From contig CATNEN010000031.1 of assembly GCA_950097015.1 (NCBI GenBank), forward strand, positions 2,294,001 through 2,358,000: a stretch of DNA of 64,000 nt. The letters run 5' to 3'. Below are positions 25,615-38,144 of the stretch, one piece after another. The translations under genes and the position numbers were made by a program. Position 1 is the stretch's first letter. The number at the start of each line of letters is the position of its first letter. The notes under the pieces were generated by a model, which saw nothing but the letters and a program-made list of their open reading frames with translations, did no database searches and was not told the DNA's origin. The stretch comes from Macrostomum hystrix. Taxonomy: Eukaryota; Animalia; Platyhelminthes.

Positions 25615-28600
25615 ATGAGTGGCGCAGATGAGAGCAATGAGCTGGTGATCACGCCCCTAGGCTCAGGCCAGGAGGTCGGCCGGTCATGCATCATGCTGAA
25701 GTTTAAAGGCAAATTAGTTGTGCTGGATTGCGGCATTCATCCCGGCCTGCGCTCCAACGAGTCTCTGCCTTTCATTGACAACATTGAGCACGAGAAAGTC
25801 GACGTCCTGCTAGTTAGCCACTTTCACCTGGATCACTGCGGCGCCCTGCCCTACCTGCTGTCCAAGACTCCATTCCGCGGCCGTGTATTTATGACCCACG
25901 CCACCAAGGCCATCTATCGCTGGTTGCTATGCGACTTTGTCAAGGTCAGCAACAACAGCTCGGAGGCGGCACTGTACGCCGACTCGGACATTCAGAGTTC
26001 CATGGAGCGCATAGAGACTATCGACTTTCACCAGGAGCTGGAGGTGAACGGCATCAAGTTCACTGCCTATCACGCAGGTCACGTGCTTGGCGCCGCCATG
26101 TTTCTAATTGAAATAGCCGGAGTTCGCATTCTGTTCACCGGCGACTTCAGCCGACAGGAGGATCGACACCTGATGTCCGCCGAGCTGCCGCCCTGTCGGC
26201 CAGACGTACTCATCACTGAGTCCACCTACGGCACTCACATTCACGACAGGCGCGAGGAGCGCGAGGCCCGCTTCGTTGGCCTGGTGCACGACATTGTTGC
26301 TAGGGGAGGTCGCTGCCTCATACCGGCATTCGCGCTCGGCCGCGCCCAGGAGCTCATGCTCATCCTAGACGAGTACTGGAGCCTGCACCCCGAGCTGCAC
26401 AGAATACCAATTTACTATGCCTCCCAGCTAGCTAAGAAATGCATGGCCGTCTATCAGACCTACGTGCACGCCATGAACGAGTCCGTGCGCAATAAGATTG
26501 TCAACAACAATCCGTTTGTGTTTAAGCACATTAGCAATCTGCGCAATGTTGACATTTATGTGGACAGCGGACCGTGCGTTATCATGGCCTCACCTGGCAT
26601 GATGCAGAACGGATTGTCGCGCGAGCTCTTCGAGAACTGGTGCACCGACAAGCGCAACGGCGTCATCATCGCCGGCTACTGCGTTGAAGGCACCCTGGCC
26701 AAACAGATCCTTAGCCATCCGCAGGAGGTGTGTCAGTCATTCATTAACGGTTTTGTTTAGATTGGGTAAACTATAGGATTCTCCCATCTCAGACCACCAT
26801 GAAATAAACTATAGGATTCTACCATCTCAGACATCCATGGGATAAACTATAGGATTCTCCCATCTCAGACCACCATGGGATAGACTATAGGATTCTCCCA
26901 TCTCAGACCACCATGAGATAAACTATAGGATTCTCCCATCTCAGACCACCATGGGATAAACTATAGGATTCTACCATCTCAGACAACCATGGGATAAACT
27001 ATAGGATTCTCCCATCTCAGACCACCATGGGATAAACTATAGGATTCTACCATCTCAGACAACCATGGGATAAACTATAGGATTCTACCATCTCAGACAA
27101 CCATGGGATAAACTATAGGATTCTCCCATCTCAGACCACCATGGGATAAACTATAGGATTCTACCATCTCAGACCACCATGGGATAAACTATAGGATTCT
27201 CCCATCTCAGACCACCATGGTATAAACTATAGGATTCTCCCATCTCAGACAACCATGGGATAAACTATAGGATTCTCCCATCTCAGACCACCATGGGATA
27301 AACTATAGGATTCTCCCATCTCAGACAACCATGGGATAAACTATAGGATTCTCCCATCTCAGACCACCATGGGATAAACTATAGGATTCTACCATCTCAG
27401 ACAACCATGGATAAACTATAGGATTCTCCCATCTCAGACCACCATGGTATAAACTATAGGATTCTCCCATCTCAGACCACCATGGTATAAACTATAGGAT
27501 TCTCCCATCTCAGACCACCATGGTATAAACTATAGGATTCTCCCATCTCAGACAACCATGGGATAAACTATAGGATTCTCCCATCTCAGACCACCATGGG
27601 ATAAACTATAGGATTCTACCATCTCAGACCACCATGGGATAAACTATAGGATTCTACCATCTCAGACAACCATGGATAAACTATAGGATTCTACCATCTC
27701 AGACAACCATGGGATAAACTATAGGATTCTCCGATCTCAGACCACCATGGAATGAACTATAGGATTCTCCCATCTCACACCACCATGGGATAAACTATAG
27801 GATTCTCCCATCTCAGACCACCATGAAATGAACTATAGGATTCTCCCATCTCACACCACCATGGAATGAACTATAGGATTCTCCCATCTCACACCACCAT
27901 GGAATGAACTATAGGATTCTCCCATCTCACACCACCATGAAATGAACTATAGGATTCTCCCATCTCACACCACCATGAAATGAACTATAGGATTCTCCCA
28001 TCTCACACCACCATGAAATGAACTAGGCCTCTAAACTCACAAATACAAAAGGATTTATTCTACATTTTCCTGTTTCTAACCGCCTTTGGAAAATTTTAGG
28101 AATTACTGAATCTACTACTTACAAGCAGTACGTTTTCGAATTCACCCAGTATTAGATAGGCTGTAACAATCTACTATCATCCATCGCATCTACTCTCGAC
28201 AATCCAGGTTACGACCATGTCAGGCCAGACGCTGCCGCTAAAGTGCTCAGTAGACTACGTGTCATTCTCGGCCCACACCGACTATCAACAGACTTCCGAG
28301 TTCATTCGCGACCTGCGCCCAGCTCACATTGTGCTAGTCCACGGCGAGCAGAATGAAATGCTGCGCCTCAGGTCGGCCCTGCTGCGCCAGTACGAGGACG
28401 AGCCAGACTACAGGCTAGACATCTTCACGCCTAAGAACTGCGAGTCCGTTTCCTTGCACTTTCGCGGCGAGAAGACCGCCAAAGTTGTTGGCAGCCTGGC
28501 TAAATCGGCGCCAACCGAGGGCCAGTCATTGTCCGGCATTCTGATGAAGAAGAACTTCAGTTATCACCTGATGCACGAGTCCGACCTGCCTACCTACACT

Positions 28601-30632
28601 GATCTGGCCACTAGCGAGGTCACCCAGCGCATGGCTGTGCACTTTAGCATGCCGCCCAGCCTGTTGTACTTTCATCTGGCTGTGGTTGCTGGCACAGTGG
28701 AGACTGTTAAACAGAAGGGCGACTGCCACATCTACAGGCTGTTCCAGTGCGTCACCGTCACCTGGGAGCCGCGACAAGTTGTCATCGAGGTAGTTCTACT
28801 TAGCGATTGCTTCGGTGATCTGGAGAGGGCGATGATGTGACTAAAGTACCTGGGAAGTGAGAAGAAAGGAAATTACAATAGAATTTGTAATGAATTGCAT
28901 TGGAGTATGAAATAAATTGCATTGGAGTATGAAATAAATTGCATTGGAGTGGGGGAATGAATTGCATTGGAGTGCGGAATGTATTGTATTGGAGTGCGGA
29001 ATGAATTGCATTGGAGTGCGGAATGTATTGTATTGGAGTGCGGAATGAATTGCATTGGAGCGGGGGAATGAATTGCATTGGAGTGTGGAATGAATTGCAT
29101 TGGAGTGTGGAATGAATTGCATTGGAGTGTGGAATGAATTGCATTGGAGTGTGGAATGAATTGCATTGGAGTGTGGAATGAATTGCATTGGAGTGCGGAA
29201 TGTATTGTATTGGAGTGCGGAATGTATTGTATTGGAGTGCGGAATGTATTGTATTGGAGTGCGGAATGAATTGCATTGGAGCGGGGGAATGAATTGCATT
29301 GGAGTGTGAAATGAATTGCATTGGAGTGCGGAATGAATTGCATTGGAGTGTGGAATGAATTGCATTGGAGTGCGGAATGAATTGCATTGGAGTGTGGAAT
29401 GAATTGCATTGGAGTGCGGAATGAATTGCATTGGAGTGTGGAATGAATTGCATTGGAGTGCGGAATGAATTGCATTGGAGTGTGGAATGAATTGCATTGG
29501 AGTGCGGAATGAATTGCATTGGAGTGTGGAATGAATTGCATTGGAGTGTGGAATGAATTGCATTGGAGTGTGGAATGAATTGCATTGGAGTGTGGAATGA
29601 ATTGCATTGGAGTGTGGAATGAATTGCATTGGAGTGTGGAATGAATTGCATTGGAGTGTGGAATGAATTGCATTGGAGTGTGGAATGAATTGCATTGGAG
29701 TGTGGAATGGATTACCTAGGAATTAGGTATGGATTACCCGGGAATACGAAATTGATTACCTGGGAATTCAGAATGTATTACCTGGGAATTCGGAATGGAA
29801 TATTTGGGATTTCGATTAGGATTATTTGGGATTTCGGAATGGATTATCTGGGAATTCGGAATGGGTTATTTGGGATTTCGATTAAGATTATCTGGGATTT
29901 CGGAATGGGTTATTTGGGATTTCGATTAAGATTACCTGGGATTTCGGAATGGATTATCTGGGAATTCGGAATGGAATATTTGGGATTTCGATTAGGATTA
30001 TTTGGGATTTCGGAATGGATTATCTGGGAATTCGGAATGGGTTATTTGGGATTTCGATTAAGATTATCTGGGATTTCGGAATGGGTTATTTGGGATTTCG
30101 ATATGGATTATTTGGGATTTCGGAATGGATTATCTGGGAGGGGGTGTATTACGCGGGTACCTGTAGGTACCAAAAAACCAAGTATTAGTAAACGTGTGGC
30201 ATTAAAGAGTGGTAAATTATTTACCTTGCGACCCTCATCCGTCTCCGTCAGTGGCAGTCCAATCCCGTCAGTGATATGTTCGCAGACGCCGTGCAGACGG
30301 TCATCCTGAAGGCCGAAGTGCAGGGCATGACCTGGCAGGGTGTGCCTGCCCCGGCCAGGCAGGACAGCACAGCGTTTCGCTCCGCTCTGTTGGACACTCT
30401 GGCCGAGATGTTCGGTCCGGACAGTGTCCAAGGCCGCCCGGATGCGCGCAAGAGCGGCTTAGTATTCCAGCTGCGTGTTCGCAATCGCCTTGTAGATGTG
30501 GACACCGGTAAGCTGACGGCCACCTGCGAGGAGGACGCCCCGCTGCAGCAGCTGGTGCGCACAGTGATTAACCGGCTGCGCCAGGTGCTTATTCCGCCCC
30601 TAAGACAGCTGGAGGACGCGGCTCAGGCCTGA
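25615..30632 (+). CDS. CPSF3: Cleavage and polyadenylation specificity factor 73-kDa endonuclease (691 aa, 3 exons)
   Basis: Exons 25615-26727 ([40 protein letters not shown]), 28208-28789 ([21 protein letters not shown]), 30252-30632 ([14 protein letters not shown]); all phase 0, 2076 nt. Confidence 0.97.
26768..28024. repeat. 38-bp tandem repeat in CPSF3 intron 1, about 33 copies
   Basis: Unit aaactataggattctcccatctcagaccaccatgggat. Confidence 0.96.
28890..29710. repeat. 22-bp tandem repeat in CPSF3 intron 2
   Basis: Unit ggaatgaattgcattggagtgt; the three overlapping minus ORFs are artefacts. Confidence 0.95.
29760..30138. repeat. 22-bp degenerate repeat in CPSF3 intron 2
   Basis: Unit gggatttcggaatggattatct with variants. 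Confidence 0.88.
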
Positions 30633-31149
30633 CCGCTGCGGCTGCTTCTTAGGCGCCTGTCCGACGCTACATTCGTCACTATTGCTCTCATTGTACATGA
30701 CTCTGGTTGCCACACCACCTGCTGTCTCTGACTATTGGATTATCCGGAGATTGAGTTTGTCCCAAGGATTAGATTATCCCAAGGATAGAATTATCCTAAT
30801 GAGGACATTGTCTTTAGGATAATATATTTTAAACTGACACTCGTGTTTTAATACTGTTAGTAATGTGTATGCATTTACAAATACTTGTGGCGCAGCTAAA
30901 AGTATTGAAGCTGGATTAAATATGGCAATTAAAAATCCGGTGTTGATATTTTAGCCATTAAGTACTCGTGTGTTCGTGTTGTTCTAACTTCGGCAATTAA
31001 ACTACAGTTTGTATCAATACACTGTCTGATACTTTAAACTGTTCTGACTTGTTTGTCTTTGAGTTCTTTATTTTTAATGTTGTCAGATATAGGTTTATAA
31101 TGTGTGTCGCATTTTGATTTTTACTTCAAATTACATTACAGCGCAGACC

Positions 31150-31640
31150 GCTACAGTGTACACAGCCTAGCCCAACCCTCAACCCCACTCTACAATGTAC
31201 ACAGACCAGCCCAACCCTCAACCCCACTCCACAATGTACACAGCCCAGCCCAACCCTCAACCCCACTCCACAATTTACACAGCCCAGCCCAACCCTCAAC
31301 CCCACTCCACAATGTACACAGACCAGCCCAACCCCCAACCCCACTCCACAATGTACACAGCCTAGCCCAACCCCCAACCCCACTCCACAATGTACACAGC
31401 CTAGCCCAACCCCCAACCCCACTCCACAATGTACACAGACCAGCCCAACCCTCAACCCCACTCCACAATGTACACAGCCCAGACCAACCCTCAACCCCAC
31501 TCCACAATGTACACAGCCCAGACCAACCCTCAACCCCACTCCACAATGTACACAGCCCAGACCAACCCTCAACCCCACTCCACAATGTACACAGCCCAGA
31601 CCAACCCTCAACCCCACTCCACAATGTACACAGCCCAGAC
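31150..31640. repeat. 39-bp tandem repeat between CPSF3 and DESI2
   Basis: Unit aatgtacacagcccagcccaaccctcaaccccactccac, about 12 copies. Confidence 0.94.
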
Positions 31641-31714
31641 CAATTATGTACCCCATCCCTGTATTTGGGATGCAAATGCACTGCCATTTCAATGTGTTTT
31701 TCTGAACTTGCAGC

Positions 31715-32378
31715 ATGCTGCAGAATCTCGTGGAGAAGCTTAAAAAGCTTGGCAGCCGAGAGGGCGCCGAGGGCGGCTCGATTGATTTTGAAATCAATGA
31801 ACCGGTCATTGTTAATGTGTACGATATGGTGAGTGATACATGTACTTGCATAATTACCTTCAAAGTTGTTTAGAATAAGAATCGCAGCTGTTAGCTTACA
31901 ATACAACTTGGCGCTTATCCAACTTGCGCAGTATTGGACTAACGGCTACACCAACAACCTTGGCGTTGGCATCTATCATTCTGGTGTGCAGGTGTACAAT
32001 CGCGAGTACACCTACGGCGGTCATCCGTCAGACACGTCCGGCATATTCACCATTGAGCCGCGGAATTCCGAAGAGTTAGGCGAGAATTTCAAATTGAAGA
32101 CTAGCATACCTTTGGGCTCCACCCACCTGTCGCAGGAGGAGATTGACGAGGTCATGGTTAACCTCGGCCAGAAATTCACTGGCAAAGACTATCACCTGAC
32201 TAGGCAGAATTGCAATCACTTTTCCAATAGCATGCTAGCTATTATATGCAATTCAGCATTGCCCAACTGGGTTAACAGACTGGCCACTGTTAGCACTACA
32301 GTGCCATTTATTGAGCGAGCGATTCCAAAGGAGTGGCTGCGGCCTCAGGACTGCTCTGAGCTTGATGATGAATACTGA
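31715..32378 (+). CDS. DESI2: PPPDE-family desumoylating/deubiquitinating isopeptidase (186 aa, 2 exons)
   Basis: Exon 31715-31828 (MLQNLVEK...EPVIVNVYDM, donor GTGAGT) and 31932-32378 (YWTNGYT..GIYHSGVQVYNREYTYGGH, YHLTRQNCNHFS, PNWVNRLA); catalytic His and Cys present. Confidence 0.93.
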
Positions 32379-32504
32379 ATGCGAACTGCTAAGTGCTAGC
32401 TCAGTACCCCAACACGAACACATAGTAACCAACTGCCTCTCTATCTTAAAAGCAAGTTTTTATCAATTTCCCATTTTCCTGCCGTACCTTTCCTCCCCTT
32501 TTCT

Positions 32505-33150
32505 CAATCTCTCTCCCTCTACTTCTCTTCCTCTCTCCCTCTACTTCTCTTCCTCTCTCCCTCTACTTCTCTTTCTCTCTTCCTCTACTTCTCTTCCTCT
32601 CTCCCTCTACTTCTCTTTCTCTCTCCCTCTACTTCTCTTCCTCTCTCCCTCTACTTCTCAATCTCTCTCCCTCTACTTCTCAATCTCTCTCCCTCTACTT
32701 CTCAGTCTCTCTTCCTCTATTTCTCTTTCTCTCTTCCTCTACTTCTCTTCCTCTCTCCCTCTACTTCTCAATCTCTCTCCCTCTACTTCTCAATCTCTCT
32801 CCCTCTACTTCTCTTCCTCTACTTCTCTTTCTCTCTTCCTCTACTTCTATTTCTCTCTTCCTCTACTTCTCTTCCTCTCTCCCTCTACTTCTCAATCTCT
32901 CTCCCTCTACTTCTCAATCTCTCTCCCTCTACTTCTCTTCCTCTACTTCTCTTTCTCTCTTCCTCTACTTCTATTTCTCTCTTCCTCTACTTCTCTTCCT
33001 CTCTCCCTCTACTTCTCAATCTCTCTCCCTCTACTTCTCAATCTCTCTCCCTCTACTTCTCTTTCTTTCTCCCTCTACTTCTCTTCCTCTCTCCCTCTAC
33101 TTCTCTTCCTCTCTCCCTCTACTTCTCTTCCTCTCTCTATGTCTACTTCT
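32505..33150. repeat. Polypyrimidine (CT) low-complexity repeat
   Basis: ctctctccctctacttct variants; the 317-aa ORF is an artefact. Confidence 0.92.
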
Positions 33151-33414
33151 CTTTTGCGTAAACCAATAATTTTAGAAAGCAGTTTCAATCAAAGCCATGG
33201 TGTTTTGATATACTTCTCAATATTAATTTCCATTGCAATTTGTTATATCTTAAATGTTGTTTAGAATTTATTTGCATGACAAACTGTTAGACAGTCACAA
33301 GCTTTCCCTGCCTCTCACACATTTAATTAAGCCTAAAATGACACGATAAATTGCCGATTGTATAAAACGGACATTAAACTTTTGAAAATTAATAGGTGGA
33401 AAATGTGATTGCTA

Positions 33415-33480
33415 AGCTGTGTACGGCTGTTCAGTCCATGGACTAGCACTCACTCGAATTCCAGTTCCCATTCAACAGCT
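33415..33480 (-). mobile_element. SINE 3' fragment
   Basis: gctgtgtacggctgttcagtccatggact matches 9507-9535 of the full SINE. Confidence 0.6.
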
Positions 33481-34189
33481 TCCATTAGCCAAGATTTGAA
33501 GTACTCTCCCAGCTCATTCACTGCCCATTCGGCTGAAGCAGTTAGAAGTTAACCTTACTTAAAATGTCACAAATAATTTATTTGATGTCCGCTTCATACT
33601 ACTGCTTCGATTGCAAGCTTCTAAAGTGCATTTTCAATTAAAAACGCATCAGTGCAATAATAAGATTTGCTTTCCAAACTACTTTCCCGCTTCTCTTAGA
33701 CATCTTACTGGCCTTAGTTTCGGCTTTAATTTGATCCTTAAGTATTTAATTCGCAAAAAATATTTCTCCACTTTTGTTTATTTCAATCTCGCAGGTGTTT
33801 TTGGGTAATTTGTTTTTAGAACTTCATATTTAGTAGGAAATATTAATTAATTGCTGCGTATTTAGAACATAGAATTTGCTTTTTTTATATCTGCCAGTAC
33901 TCAAAACATGCCCTGATGCGCCAAGTGACAATCTCAGTATGCGTATTGTTTTTTTCTGTGCTTTCTCCGCACTTGTATTCCACTTTTTTCACACACTTCC
34001 TTTTTCATTTGCGATTTGCTGAAAGCGTGAGAAATAGGACGTTTTGGTCGGTTGGATACTACATAAAAATAGTTTTATTGAAAGCCACTGCACGGCCACT
34101 TCCTGCAGCTTTTTATGGGCGCTCGTACTTCATGTTCCTTTTTCATCATATTCTCACCCTTTCATATTCGCACCAACCTATTTTTTATC

Positions 34190-34580
34190 ACCCCATTTGC
34201 TGCGCCCACCACCCCATTCCCCCTGGCTCCTGCACCCACCACCCTATTTTCTCACCCCATTTGCTGCGCCCACCACCCCATTCCCCCTGGCTCCTGCACC
34301 CACCACCCTATTTTCTCACCCCATTTGCTGCGCCCACCACCCCATTCCCCCTGGCTCCTGCACCCACCACCCTATTTTCTCACCCCATTTGCTGCGCCCA
34401 CCACCCCATTCCCCCTGGCTCCTGCACCCACCACCCTATTTTCTCACCCCATTCGCTGCGCCCACCACCCCATTCCCCCTGGCTCCTGCACCCACCACCC
34501 TATTTTCTCACCTCTTTCACAATCACAGCTCCTGAAACCTCATTTCCCCTTGGCTCCTGCACCTGCACCCACCACCCCGT
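34190..34580. repeat. 64-bp C-rich tandem repeat, about 5-6 copies
   Basis: Copies start 34191, 34255, 34319 etc. Confidence 0.93.
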
Positions 34581-35534
34581 TTTGTTATCATTTCTGCAAT
34601 GATTTTTCAATCGGGGCTGTAGGGTACGTTTCGTATTCGTAAGCTCGGTTGGTGGCCTATTCAGTACTGTTTTTCTGCTTATTTGCAAACTACTGTCCCG
34701 CATAGCAACGGATTAGACTAGTCAAGCTAATTGTTCTTAAAACTGGCACCGCTTTAGCAGATTGATCCGTTTCCTATTGTCCGGAACAGTATTTTTGGAA
34801 TTTCAAACCTTAACTAATTCTAATTCTTAGAATTGCTTAACTTTTCCACTTACGTGAAAAGATGTCTTTGTTACAGAATCATTAAAGTTTGCTGCTTTGC
34901 TTGAAACACGCGTATTATTGATTCTGTAATAAAGTGTAATTCTCTTCAATAGCAACCGGATTGTCTGCGCTGTAATTTGTTAGTTTTTTTTGTTTATTTG
35001 CTTGCTTTCTGTGTAGATTTTCTGTCATATAAAATGCCCGTCTTGCTTCGTTTAAAGACTTCTTCTTAAAATCTTACATTTACATGTTAACCATCAATGG
35101 CCCCTCTGGAGTCGCATCTACCAAATAAGAAGCATGTATAGAACAGAATTCATATTTCAATTCATGTCTGCTGTCCCTCCTGCTTATAAAATAATATTTT
35201 GATTCACTTTGCTTTAGCACATTGAGCGGAGTAAGATTAGTCCTTCTGAGCATAGCCTTTTATTTTATATGCTTATTCAATTTCACTTTCCCAAGCCTTT
35301 TCTAATGGAAGGACTTTTTTTTATTCTTTTAATTCTTCAAAAAAGGCAAACTTTCGTGTTCGTTCTCTGTGGTCGAGCACAACAATACAATACTTAACCG
35401 GCGCTTCATTTCTATTATCATATTACGCTACCTTTTGTCTCATACTTTTTATCATTTGCACCCCGGATCTGTTACTAATAGTAGCGTAATTTATTTTCCC
35501 AGTTAGGCAATTGTATACTAGTTAAACAAAGACC

Positions 35535-36260
35535 CTTCCTGGTCCTTCAACAAGCCTACATGACCCTTCCTAGTCCATCAAAGAACTTACATGACATGAC
35601 CCTTCCTGGTCCTTCAACAACTTACATGACCCTTCCTGGTCCTTCAACAACTTACATGACCCTTCCTGGTCCTTCAACAACTTACATGACCCTTCCTGGT
35701 CCTTCAACAACTTGCATGACCCTTCCTGGTCCTTCAACAACTTGCATGACCCTTCCTGGTCCTTCAACAACTTGCATGACCCTTCCTGGTCCTTCAACAA
35801 CTTACATCACCCTTCCTGGTCCTTCAACAGGCCTACATGACCCTTCCTGGTCCTTCAACAGGCCTACATGACCCTTCCTGGTCCTTCAACAGGCCTACAT
35901 GACCCTTCCTGGTCCTTCAACAACTTACATGACCCTTCCTGGTCCTTCAACAGGCCTACATGACCCTTCCTGGTCCTTCAACAACTTGCATCACCCTTCC
36001 TGGTCCTTCAACAGGCCTACATGACCCTTCCTGGTCCTTCAACAACTTACATGACCCTTCCTGGTCCTTCAACAGGCCTAAATGACCCTTCCTGGTCCTT
36101 CAACAAACTTACATGACCCTTCCTGATCCTTCAACAGGCCTACATGACTACATGACCTTTCCTGATCCTTCAACAGGCCTGCATGACTACATGACCTTTC
36201 CTGATCCTTCAACAGACCTGCATGACTACATGACCTTTCCTGGTCCTTTAACGGGCCTAC
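35535..36260. repeat. 30-bp tandem repeat
   Basis: Unit catgacccttcctggtccttcaacaactta with variants, ending about 140 bp upstream of DUF1294 ATG. Confidence 0.93.
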
Positions 36261-36398
36261 GTGACCCTTCAATTAACTTAAATAAAAATTTTCGGGTCCT
36301 TCAATTAGACCTAGCGTTAGTGAGCGGTTCTACTTAGCATTTAAGATGGTCCTTCCATGGTCGTAGTTTTCCATCTTTAGCGCCTCCACATCTCCCAC

Positions 36399-37034
36399 AT
36401 GCCCTGTCCGCAGCAGCGGGACCAGCAACTGTCGCAGTCATCCCAGCAGCTGCTGGGCATTGGCGGACATCAGCCAGCCGACCAGATCTCCAGCAGCGGT
36501 GCCCATCCAGTAGATAATGCCTGCGATTATGAGTCTGATGAAGATGAAGAAGATTGCTGCTGCTGCTGCTGCCGCTGTAGCCGTTTCTGGCAGCTGGCCG
36601 CTGTGCTGGCTCTGTGCCTGCTGAGTTTTAGCTCGGCTGCGCTCATCTACAAGACTGTCTGGCTAGCGCAGCGCAGCAAACTGACCATTCTGCTGTGCTA
36701 CTTTGGCGGCCACACGGCTATCAGCTTTGTGGCAGTCATCATTGATCGATGCTTAAAATCGGCGGCCAACTGTCGACGACGGGACGAGGACGTGAACCAG
36801 TGGCGGCGACAGCCATGGCGTCGGTGGCGGAGTGGCGAAGTTCGCCAACGCCCGCGTCGAGTTGGTGACGCCTCTCTGCACCTGCTATCTTTCTTCGGTG
36901 GCGTTCTAGGCACCCTGATTGGCATGCTGTGCTGCTGCCACAAGCTGCGTCAACTGTCATTCATCTCCGTCACCCTGCTCCTGGTGCCGCTCAACGCCTA
37001 TTGGCTGCTGTTGGCTGTGCTTGTGTACACCTGA
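36399..37034 (+). CDS. Intronless multi-pass membrane protein with DUF1294-like C-terminal domain
   Basis: TAISFVAVIIDR...RVGDASLHLLSFFGGVLGTLIGMLCCCHKLRQLSF resembles the DUF1294 pattern (F..DK...RIPE..L..L...GG..G...G....RHK); acidic patch and poly-Cys before first TM; TTTAG acceptor at 36376-36380. Confidence 0.72.
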   Translation: MPCPQQRDQQLSQSSQQLLGIGGHQPADQISSSGAHPVDNACDYESDEDEEDCCCCCCRCSRFWQLAAVLALCLLSFSSAALIYKTVWLAQRSKLTILLCYFGGHTAISFVAVIIDRCLKSAANCRRRDEDVNQWRRQPWRRWRSGEVRQRPRRVGDASLHLLSFFGGVLGTLIGMLCCCHKLRQLSFISVTLLLVPLNAYWLLLAVLVYT

Positions 37035-37089
37035 TTTTCCTCAAGAGAGTTTTTGTGCTTAAAAGTTGACCACTCTTGACAGTAGGAAG

Positions 37090-37600
37090 GCCAGGCTATT
37101 TTCCCCTGGGGAAAAACCGCGGGTATATTTTAAATACCCACTGCCTACTTCACGACAGCTCCCAAAAACGAATGACTGATTTTCGTCAAAATGGGTCAAA
37201 ATTTTCCGCCTCAGCATCGACGTCAGCATCGTCAAGATATTCAGCGATTCTTGTCGAAGACCCTGGTGACAAGGACAGCTGACATTGCTCTGTATGAACC
37301 TCTATGGCAAAACCATATCGGTTCAGCAATATAATATAATCAGCAATAATAGCCATAATGGTTTCATTATGACATTTCGTGAGCTGGGAAATGTTGCCTA
37401 CATTCGTGCTTTTTGCCACCAGACACCCGACGAGAATCGTTGAAAATCTCGACGATGCCGATGTTTTGTAATTCCCGTGTTCTGGCTTTTTATGCCGATT
37501 GGCAGAATATTTCAGGTGATACAGAAAAAAGGAAATGCGGCCATTTAAACTACCCTCCGTGGTATTTCCCTGTTAAGACTGAAAATGGGAAGTCACTCGA
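37090..37600. mobile_element. Diverged inverted-repeat (MITE-like) element
   Basis: catcgtcaagatattcagcgattcttgtcg (about 37229-37258) is inverted at about 37428-37457; outer gggaaa.acc.cgg..tttaaat blocks also inverted; no TSD found. Confidence 0.5.
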
Positions 37601-38144
37601 TTGTACATTATTTTTATGACAATTTATCGAACATTTTCTAAATGTATATTAAAAGCGTTTCAGTGCAGTGCTTTGCACTACAAGAGTTTTTATTCTAGAT
37701 TGTCTTGATTTCTAGATATTTTTAGATTTGCACTGTAATGTGAGCGCTGTTTTGAATGCGCGCTTTTCACTCTACTTACGAGTATATTGAGTAGAGTGGA
37801 AAACATTTTACGTATTTGATAAAAGTTATAGTTAAAAAATATGATGTGCTGTTAACGTAACACCTGTAACGTTACCTGCTAAATCGCAGCCTAATTCTGT
37901 TCCCGGCTTATAAATCGGCTTTTTTATCGCAAGCTTTTATTTTCTTTTATTAAATAATTTACTCTACTATGTGATCATCAGTGAGTTTATTTTTTTCCAA
38001 ACTATAAATTCTGTTCGTCGCATTGTTCAACATAGCTTCTTCCATTCGTCTTTTATTTTGATAATCAGCATACTAAAATGAGAAAAAAATTACTTGTATG
38101 GCTTGACAAATAAATTTTCATCATCAGTGGCTCACAAAGAGAAT

